A program made the position numbers and the translations under genes. A DNA stretch of 28,352 bases from the NCBI GenBank assembly GCA_964469635.1, contig CAYYCE010000003.1:1-28352 (forward strand), written 5' to 3'. Position 1 is the first letter of the stretch. Each line of letters opens with the position of its first letter. The DNA is from an uncultured Kineosporiaceae bacterium (GTDB lineage: Bacteria; Actinomycetota; Actinomycetes; Actinomycetales; Kineosporiaceae). Below, in pieces: positions 16,867 through 22,865 of the stretch. A model generated the notes under the pieces. It was not told where the DNA came from. It ran no database searches and was given only the letters and a program-made list of their open reading frames with translations.

Positions 16867-17400
16867 TCAAGCATCCCCAGCAACGGTCGTCCCGCGATCG
16901 GCGGGCCCGGCCAGTTCGGCGGCGACCTCTTCGGCGTCCCGGTCGTCGGCGTCCACGACCACGTCGGCGATCCGGTCGTAGGCGGCGATCCGGTCGGTGT
17001 ACAGCTCGGCCAGATCCGGCCGCGCCAGCATCGGGCGGGCCGGATCTGCGCCCACCCGCTCCAGGGCCCTGGGCAGCGACACCTTGAGATGGACGACGCG
17101 TGCCCGCTCGGCGAGCAGGCGCCGGGTGCCGGCGTGCATGGCCGCCCCGCCGCCGAGGGCCACGACCCCGGCGTTGCCCGACCCGATCAGATCGGCGATC
17201 ACCTCGTGCTCGAGCGTGCGAAAGGCCAGCTCGCCGTCCGCTGCGAAGATCTCGGTGATGGTGCGCCCGGCGGCCCGTTCGATGGCGGTGTCCGAGTCGA
17301 CGAACCCCACACCGAGCGCGTCCGCGAGGAGCCGCCCGACGGTGGACTTGCCGCTGCCCATGAACCCGATCAGCACGGTGGTCACGGCGTCTCGAAGCAT
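16867..17400 (-). CDS. aroK: Shikimate kinase
   Basis: VLIGFMGSGKSTVGRLLA (Walker A), FVDSD, IFAADGELAFRTLE, ALGGGA and RPML. ATG 17400 follows RBS GAGGAAGG; GTG 17385 is an alternative start. Confidence 0.9.
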   Translation of the reverse strand: MLRDAVTTVLIGFMGSGKSTVGRLLADALGVGFVDSDTAIERAAGRTITEIFAADGELAFRTLEHEVIADLIGSGNAGVVALGGGAAMHAGTRRLLAERARVVHLKVSLPRALERVGADPARPMLARPDLAELYTDRIAAYDRIADVVVDADDRDAEEVAAELAGPADRGTTVAGDA

Positions 17401-17625
17401 GGCGGGAGCCTTCCTCGTCCGGGTGGGACGCCCCCAGGCGTGTTTGCGTCTGCGGGACCCGTGTCGTGTGCGAGAGGGGAGTCGTGTGCGAAAGGGAATG
17501 CGACCGTTCGGGCGATTCCGACCTCCGGTGCCGATATCGGGAATCCGGCGGCCGCCGGGGTCCTGCGCACTGTGTCGTGACCCAATCGTGACGGTCAACC
17601 GGAGGGCATCTGGTTGCCATCTCTT

Positions 17626-17639
17626 TGGAAACGCTTTCA
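17626..17639. promoter_or_regulatory. LacI/GalR-family operator-like site
   Basis: TGGAAACGCTTTCA matches TGNAANCGNTTNCA at all fixed positions and lies ~100 nt upstream of the sugar-binding-protein pseudogene. Confidence 0.65.
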
Positions 17640-17740
17640 TGTTCCACGTGTCGCGCCGGTGCCTCACGTCTGCGCCCGGTGAGACGGCAACCCGCTCGGG
17701 TTGGCAACCCCTGATCGATTCTCCTGGAGGAAGGCGCAGC

Positions 17741-18271
17741 ATGGCCTTTCGATCGACTCGACCACCCCGACGGCTCCGTCAAGCCGTGGTGCGCCGGCAT
17801 CGGCTCCGGTGACGCCACCGGATGGCCCGTCACCGACTGGGTCGAGGACGTCATGCTCCGCCTGGAGGGTCCCGACTTCTATGACAAGGGGGTCAACCAC
17901 GAGGTGCCGTTCAACGACCCCAAGGTCGCCTCAATGACCCCAAGGTCGCCGCGGTCTTCGACGAGGTCGGTCCATCCTGAAGAACCCCAAGTACGTCAAC
18001 GCCGGCCTGGGTGGCGTCACGGCCATCGCGTCGACCACGTTCCAGGACGGCGGCCTGCCGATCGTCCCGGACGCCGGCGGCAACGCGAAGTGCTACCTGC
18101 ACCGCCAGGCCTCGTTCTACGCCTCCAACTTCCCGGAGGGCACACACGTCTCCGAGAACGGCGACGTGTGGGCCTTCTACTTCCCGTCGATGGACGCCTC
18201 GAGCAAGCCTGCTTACCGCCGGTGAGTTCGTCGCCGCCTTCTCCGACAGGCCCCAGGGCCCCGGCCCTTGA
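17741..18271 (+). pseudogene. Degenerate AglE-like sugar ABC substrate-binding protein
   Basis: RBS GGAGG and ATG 17741 (MAFRSTR) jump directly to mid-protein KPWCAGIGSGDATGWPVTDWVEDVMLR...NHEVPFNDPKVA. A 20-bp tandem duplication at 17911-17950 and further indels shift the frame through ILKNPKYVN...KCYLHRQASFY...VWAFYFP and LTAGEFVAAFSDRP. The C-terminus is missing. Confidence 0.88.
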
Positions 18272-18350
18272 GCACAACGTCACGCCGTCCCCGTCTAACG
18301 GGCACGGCGTGACGTTGTGCCCGTTGGGGGTGGGTGGGATGCCGCTCAAG
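18270..18350 (+). repeat. 81-bp dispersed palindromic element, copy 3
   Basis: GAGCACAACGTCACGCCGTCCCC (18270-18292), spacer GTCTAAC, GGGCACGGCGTGACGTTGTGCCC (18300-18322), tail GTTGGGGGTGGGTGGGATGCCGCTCAAG (18323-18350). Confidence 0.9.
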
Positions 18351-18360
18351 CGGGCCGACG

Positions 18361-18408
18361 GTGGTCACATTCAGTCGTTGGTGACGCCCGGTCGAGGAAG
18401 GGCCGGGC
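18361..18408. repeat. 48-bp direct repeat, left copy (matches 22818-22865, the glycosidase 3' end and downstream flank)
   Basis: GTGGTCACATTCAGTCGTTGGTGACGCCCGGTCGAGGAAGGGCCGGGC versus GCGGTCACGTTCAGTCGTCGGTGACGCTCAGTCGAGGAAGGGCCAGGC: 42/48 identical, ungapped, and all six differences are transitions. Confidence 0.85.
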
Positions 18409-18409
18409 T

Positions 18410-18700
18410 TCCTCCGTCTGGGTGTGGCCGAAGGATGCGCCCCAACGGCATGCCCGTACACCGGGTGCGTCAACGAGTCGATGTCCACGAACGCCTGCCC
18501 GCCGATCCCCGTCCCTTCGTCCGCCGGCAGAACCACGTCCAGATCGTCGATGTCGTCCGCGCCCGCGGCCCCGCCACCATCGCGGTCAGCTTCGGGACCG
18601 AACCCGCCGAGACGACCAGGTTGGTCCCGTCGATCACCGTGCCGTGGCGGACCACCCGAGCGATGCGCGCAGGCCAGAGGGGACTCTCACCCTGCACCAG
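18410..18700 (-). pseudogene. Frameshifted coding remnant, possibly ROK family (sugar kinase/repressor)
   Basis: Two minus-strand frames with coding-like codon bias give HGTVIDGTNL...VPKLTAMV and then GAAGADDIDDLDVVL..EGTGIGGQAFVD....HPVYGHAVG. GTGIGG followed by hydrophobic residues and D resembles the ROK motif. No intact start or complete domain. Confidence 0.4.
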
Positions 18701-18731
18701 CCGTCAACACTCAGCCGGTCCACGGATCGAG

Positions 18732-18745
18732 GGTAAACGCTTCCA
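18732..18745. promoter_or_regulatory. LacI/GalR-family operator-like site
   Basis: GGTAAACGCTTCCA has one mismatch to TGNAANCGNTTNCA and lies upstream of the ABC operon. Confidence 0.5.
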
Positions 18746-18827
18746 AGAAGTATGGCCAAGTGACCAACCAGACGCCGGGCCCCGCCCATGCCAGTCGCGG
18801 TCGGCGGGTGGCGATCCGCTACATCAC

Positions 18828-18874
18828 AGCACCATAACAAGTGCTTGACAGGTGCTAGCAGCCAGGACGAGGCT
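18828..18874 (+). promoter_or_regulatory. Putative sigma70-type promoter of the ABC operon with an overlapping inverted repeat
   Basis: Perfect TTGACA at 18845-18850, then an 18-nt spacer to GAGGCT (18869-18874; weak -10). AGCAC-N8-GTGCT (18828-18845) overlaps the first base of the -35. Confidence 0.45.
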
Positions 18875-18978
18875 GCGACGTGTTCGTGTGAGACGTTTGC
18901 AGTCGAGCTCCCCCGAGGGATCGAGCAGACGTTCCAATATGCATGATCGCTCAGCTCGAGGGCAAAGGAGTCCTGCAG

Positions 18979-20298
18979 ATGCGAGGGTCTACCGTCATCA
19001 AGGCCGTCACCACGGCCGGCGCCGTGGCACTGTTGACCTCGGCGTGTCTGAGTTCCGGTTCGAGTGGCACATCGAGTTCCAGCGCACCCCCCTCCGGGGA
19101 CGCCAAGGGCTCGACGGTCACGGTCTGGGCCAGCGTCGACCAAGACGTCCTGGACGGCCTCAAGGCCGGGATGGAGCCACTGGCCCAAGCGGCCGGGGTC
19201 ACCGTCAACTGGTCGAAGGTCGACAACATCAACCAGTTGATCATGACCAAGATCCAGGCGAACGACACTCCGGACATCGCGCTCATCCCGCAGCCCGGCG
19301 TCGTGGCCGACATCGTCAAGCGCAACGCCGCCACCCCGCTCGACGACGTGGTCGACATGGCGGCGCTGAAGTCCAGCATGATTCCGGGAACGCTCGACGC
19401 GGGCACCGTGGACGGCAAGCTCTACGGCCTCTTGGTCAGCGCCAACGCCAAGAGCTTCGTCTGGTACCCGAAGAAGGCCTGGGACGCCAAGGGCTACCAG
19501 ATCCCCCAGTCGATTGACGAGCTCAATACCCTGACCGACAAGATCAAGGCCGACGGCACCGCCCCGTGGTGTCTGGGAATCGGTTCCGAGGCCGCCACGG
19601 GCTGGCCGGCGACCGACTGGTTCGAGGACCTGATCATGCGCTACGGGGGTGCGGACCAGTACAACCAGTGGGTCAAGCACGAGATCCCGTTCGACTCTCC
19701 ACTGGTGAAGGAGGCCGCGGCGGAGTTCGAGAAGATCGCCTTCACCGACGGCAACGTGCTCGGCGGCCGCAAGTCGATCGCCAGCAACCAGTTCGGTAGC
19801 GCCGGCAACGCGATGTTCGACAACCCGCCGAAGTGCTTCATGTACAAGCAGGGTTCGTTCATCACCGGCTTCTTCCCGGACGCCGTGAAGGCCGATCTCG
19901 ACAACCAGGTCGGTGTCTTCTACTTCCCGCCGGCCAAGGCCGGTGGCGACAAGCCGCTGCTCGGTGGCGGTGACATGGCGGTACTGCTGAAGGACAGCGC
20001 AGGTGCTCGTGCGGTCATGAACATGCTCGGCGACAAGAGCATCGGCGAGAAGGCCATGGGCACCAGCTTCCTGTCCCCGCACAAGGACTTCGACGTGTCC
20101 CTCTACCAGGGCAAGACCGCGCAGGATGTCGCGAAAATCGCCTACGGGTCGTCGGTGTTCCTGTTCGACGGTTCCGACCAGATGCCCGGTGCCGTGGGGT
20201 CCGGTACCTTCTGGAAGGACATGACCGCCTGGATCAGCGGTCAAGAGGATCTGCAGACAGCCTTGAAGAACATCGACGCGAGCTGGCCATCCAGCTAG
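18979..20298 (+). CDS. aglE: Sugar ABC transporter substrate-binding lipoprotein, AglE (alpha-glucoside) type
   Basis: RBS AAAGGAG precedes ATG 18979. Lipobox-like LTSAC, PDIALIPQPG, KSFVWYPKKAW, PWCLGIGSEAATGWPATDWFEDL..R, WVKHEIPFDSP, QGSFITGFFP and FDGSDQMPGAVGSGTFW. The symbol reflects family resemblance; the substrate is not proven. Confidence 0.9.
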   Translation: MRGSTVIKAVTTAGAVALLTSACLSSGSSGTSSSSAPPSGDAKGSTVTVWASVDQDVLDGLKAGMEPLAQAAGVTVNWSKVDNINQLIMTKIQANDTPDIALIPQPGVVADIVKRNAATPLDDVVDMAALKSSMIPGTLDAGTVDGKLYGLLVSANAKSFVWYPKKAWDAKGYQIPQSIDELNTLTDKIKADGTAPWCLGIGSEAATGWPATDWFEDLIMRYGGADQYNQWVKHEIPFDSPLVKEAAAEFEKIAFTDGNVLGGRKSIASNQFGSAGNAMFDNPPKCFMYKQGSFITGFFPDAVKADLDNQVGVFYFPPAKAGGDKPLLGGGDMAVLLKDSAGARAVMNMLGDKSIGEKAMGTSFLSPHKDFDVSLYQGKTAQDVAKIAYGSSVFLFDGSDQMPGAVGSGTFWKDMTAWISGQEDLQTALKNIDASWPSS

Positions 20299-20305
20299 TG
20301 TCCCG

Positions 20306-20349
20306 AGCCCGCCGGGGTGTACGGCCGAAGCCGTACATCCCGGCGGGCT
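20306..20349 (+). terminator. Intercistronic 20-bp stem-loop after the binding-protein gene
   Basis: AGCCCGCCGGGGTGTACGGC-CGAA-GCCGTACATCCCGGCGGGCT, with one G-U pair. This position is typical of mRNA-stabilising or attenuating hairpins in sugar ABC operons. Confidence 0.75.
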
Positions 20350-20467
20350 GTCGGAGCCGTCCGGTCGGTGGTAGGGAAGAACCAGGCCCGACGGGTATCT
20401 ACCAGTCGAACCACCCGATCGACGTGGCCGCAAGCCGCGGGATTGCGGCCACAAGGAGGCGGTGCTC

Positions 20468-21448
20468 GTGATCAAATTGATCAATTCGATCTTGACTGTG
20501 GTGGCCGGTGTCGGTGTTGCCTTGGCCGCCTTCTGGATCCTCAACAAGATCGCCGAGCTACTGCCCGGGCGGTGGGAGGACCGGGTCAAGCCCTACCTGT
20601 ACATCCTGCCGGCGGTCGCGGCGATCATCCTCTACGTGCTGTACCCGGGCATCCTGACGATCGAGTACAGCTTCGCCAATGCGCAGAGCACCAAGTTGGT
20701 CGGGTTCCAGAACTACAGCAAGCTGTTGGCCAACAGCGGCTTCCGGGATACCTTGCTCACCACCCTGGTCTGGATCATCGTGGCGGCGATCGCGGCCGTC
20801 CTGCTGGGCCTGCTCGTGGCCACGCTGGTCGACAAGCTCACGCCGGTCAGCGAGAAGACCGCCAAGACCATCATCTTCTTCCCGATGGCGATCAGCGCCG
20901 TCGGTGCCGGCACGGTGTGGCGGTTCATCTATGCCACCTCCCCGCCCGGGCAGCCCCAGGTGGGACTCCAGAACGCCATCATCACGGGGTTGGGCTTCGA
21001 TCCCGTCGCCTGGCTGGAGCAGCGCACGCTCTACATGAACACCTTCATGCTGATCATCATGTTCCTGTGGCTCCAGGTGGGCTTCTCGATGGTGCTGCTG
21101 TCCGCCGCGATCAAGGGCGTACCCACCGACACGCTGGAAGCGGCGCGGGTCGACGGGGCCAACGAGATGCAGATCTTCCGTCGGGTCGTGGTGCCGCAGA
21201 TCATGCCCACCGTGGTCACCGTGTACGTGACGGTCCTCATCGGTGTCATGAAGCTGTTCGACATCGTCTACGTGATGACGAACGGCAACTTCAACACCAA
21301 CGTGCTGGCCACCGAGTTCTTCAACCAGATGTTCACCAACTTCAACAACGGCTACGCCTCGGCGATCGTCGTGATGCTGATGATCGCGGTGATTCCGGTC
21401 ATGATCTTCCAGGTGCGTCAGTTCCGGATCCAGGAGGCGAACCGATGA
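20468..21448 (+). CDS. aglF: Carbohydrate ABC transporter permease (AglF/MalF-like)
   Basis: KPYLYILPA, GFQNY, KTIIFFPMAIS, WLQVGFSMVLLSAAIKGVP and the EAA loop LEAARVDGANE.QIFRRVVVP. GTG 20468 is 8 nt from AGGAGG. Confidence 0.92.
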   Translation: MIKLINSILTVVAGVGVALAAFWILNKIAELLPGRWEDRVKPYLYILPAVAAIILYVLYPGILTIEYSFANAQSTKLVGFQNYSKLLANSGFRDTLLTTLVWIIVAAIAAVLLGLLVATLVDKLTPVSEKTAKTIIFFPMAISAVGAGTVWRFIYATSPPGQPQVGLQNAIITGLGFDPVAWLEQRTLYMNTFMLIIMFLWLQVGFSMVLLSAAIKGVPTDTLEAARVDGANEMQIFRRVVVPQIMPTVVTVYVTVLIGVMKLFDIVYVMTNGNFNTNVLATEFFNQMFTNFNNGYASAIVVMLMIAVIPVMIFQVRQFRIQEANR

Positions 21449-22380
21449 GCACGGGTCAGCAGGCTCCGACCGCCACCTCGGACAAGGCAGCGAAGACCGG
21501 CCGCAAACCGCGGGTCGCCGGCATCGGTAGGGCTCACTGGACGGTGAAGGTCGCGGTCATCGTGATCTGCTTCTTCTGGTTGGTCCCGGCGGTCGGCACC
21601 GTTGTCACCTCGTTCCGCTCCGAGAGCGCGGCGAACAGTTCCGGCTGGTGGACGGCGGTGTTCAATCCGTCCGCGTGGAGTCACTTCACGTTCTCGAATT
21701 ACCACGACGCCATCGTCAACGCCAACCTGGGCACGGCGCTGATCAACAGCTTCGCCATCGCTCTGCCGGCGACTTTCATCCCGATCCTGATCGCGGCGTT
21801 CGCGGCCTACGCGTTCACGTTCATGAGCTTCCCCGGCCGGAATGTCATGTTCCTGGTCATCGTCAGTCTGCTGGTGGTGCCGAACTTCGTCTCGTTGGTT
21901 CCCCTGCTGCAGCTGTACGGAAAGCTGCACATCGGTGGCTTCAAGATGGCCGGCAGCTTCCCCTCCGTGTGGCTGTTCCACATCGGATTCGGCATGTCAC
22001 TGGCCATCTACCTGTTCCGCAACTACATGTCCACCCTGCCACGTGAGGTCATCGAGTCGGCCAAGGTGGATGGGGCCAGCCACTATGGGACCTTCTACCG
22101 GCTGGTCCTGCCGATGTCGACACCCGTCCTCGCCTCGTTCGCAATCTTCCAGTTCCTCTGGGTCTGGAACGATCTCCTCGTGGCGTTGGTGTTCATCGGA
22201 CCTGGCGACAACGCCCCGATGACCGTGGCCGTGAAGAACAATCTGCTCGGTCAGCAGGGTCAGGGTTGGAACCTGGTGACCGCGGGCGGCGTCCTGACGA
22301 TGATCGTGCCGGTCATCGTGTTCCTCTCGATGCAGCGCTATTTCGTCCGCGGCCTGACCGCCGGTTCCGTGAAGGGGTAG
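21445..22380 (+). CDS. aglG: Carbohydrate ABC transporter permease (AglG/MalG-like)
   Basis: ATGA overlap with the upstream stop. WLVPAVGTVVTSFRS, FSNY, INSF.IALPA, AAYAF, EAA loop VIESAKVDGAS, FQFLWVWNDLL and QRYFVRGLTAGSVKG. Confidence 0.92.
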   Translation: MSTGQQAPTATSDKAAKTGRKPRVAGIGRAHWTVKVAVIVICFFWLVPAVGTVVTSFRSESAANSSGWWTAVFNPSAWSHFTFSNYHDAIVNANLGTALINSFAIALPATFIPILIAAFAAYAFTFMSFPGRNVMFLVIVSLLVVPNFVSLVPLLQLYGKLHIGGFKMAGSFPSVWLFHIGFGMSLAIYLFRNYMSTLPREVIESAKVDGASHYGTFYRLVLPMSTPVLASFAIFQFLWVWNDLLVALVFIGPGDNAPMTVAVKNNLLGQQGQGWNLVTAGGVLTMIVPVIVFLSMQRYFVRGLTAGSVKG

Positions 22381-22406
22381 CGGCGGCGGCCGACTCGATT
22401 CGACAG

Positions 22407-22446
22407 GACATGGTGCCTGTGGCCTTGAGGCCACAGGCACCATGTC
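22407..22446. terminator. Perfect 18-bp stem-loop, likely terminator of the ABC operon
   Basis: GACATGGTGCCTGTGGCC-TTGA-GGCCACAGGCACCATGTC, 26 nt after the aglG stop. Confidence 0.75.
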
Positions 22447-22472
22447 GATGGGCGAAGTGGCAGACTCGTGCT

Positions 22473-22727
22473 GTGAGGATCGTTGGCGGAGCTGAGTCAG
22501 CCCCCGGCCGGCGCCGCCCGCAACGGTGGGGTCTGCGAGCCCTCGGCTTCTTGGTCCTGGGCATCGTGTCCTTGATGACTGCGTCGCAACTCGGCAGGCA
22601 CACCGTCGGGACCCTCGGATCGTTGATCATCGCCGTCGTGGGGGCCGGGTACTGCAGCATGCGGGGGATCTACAGTGGACTTGAAGGCGGGCTGCTCCAG
22701 CGTGGCCGGCCCGGTCGACGTCGCTGA
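22473..22727 (+). CDS. Small hypothetical protein with two predicted TM helices
   Basis: GTG 22473 lies in ORF 22266..22727. Hydrophobic stretches WGLRALGFLVLGIVSLMTA and TLGSLIIAVVGAGYC are flanked by Arg-rich ends. CAGACT sits 6 nt upstream (weak -10). Confidence 0.45.
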   Translation: MRIVGGAESAPGRRRPQRWGLRALGFLVLGIVSLMTASQLGRHTVGTLGSLIIAVVGAGYCSMRGIYSGLEGGLLQRGRPGRRR

Positions 22728-22817
22728 CCCTCCGTCGGTCGGCCCTCTGCCCCGAGCGCACACTCCGTCTCCCCTCGAGCGCGGTGCCGCCTCGGGTTCG
22801 CGAGTTGAGCATCGCGG

Positions 22818-22865
22818 GCGGTCACGTTCAGTCGTCGGTGACGCTCAGTCGAGGAAGGGCCAGGC
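22818..22865. repeat. 48-bp direct repeat, right copy (overlaps the glycosidase stop codon)
   Basis: 42/48 identical to 18361-18408. It includes the last glycosidase codons (AWPFLD, TGA at 22847-22845). Confidence 0.85.

Noticed and set aside
16094-17854. 586-aa ORF suggesting an aroK-DLH fusion
   Set aside because: aroK is in a different frame and has its own stop at 16867. Only the last 254 codons (DLH) are protein-like.
18361-18408. Left 48-bp repeat as the end of a second, duplicated glycosidase gene
   Set aside because: Similarity to the glycosidase stops at ~18408, and the adjoining minus-strand peptide is unrelated to it. Only the terminal segment is duplicated.
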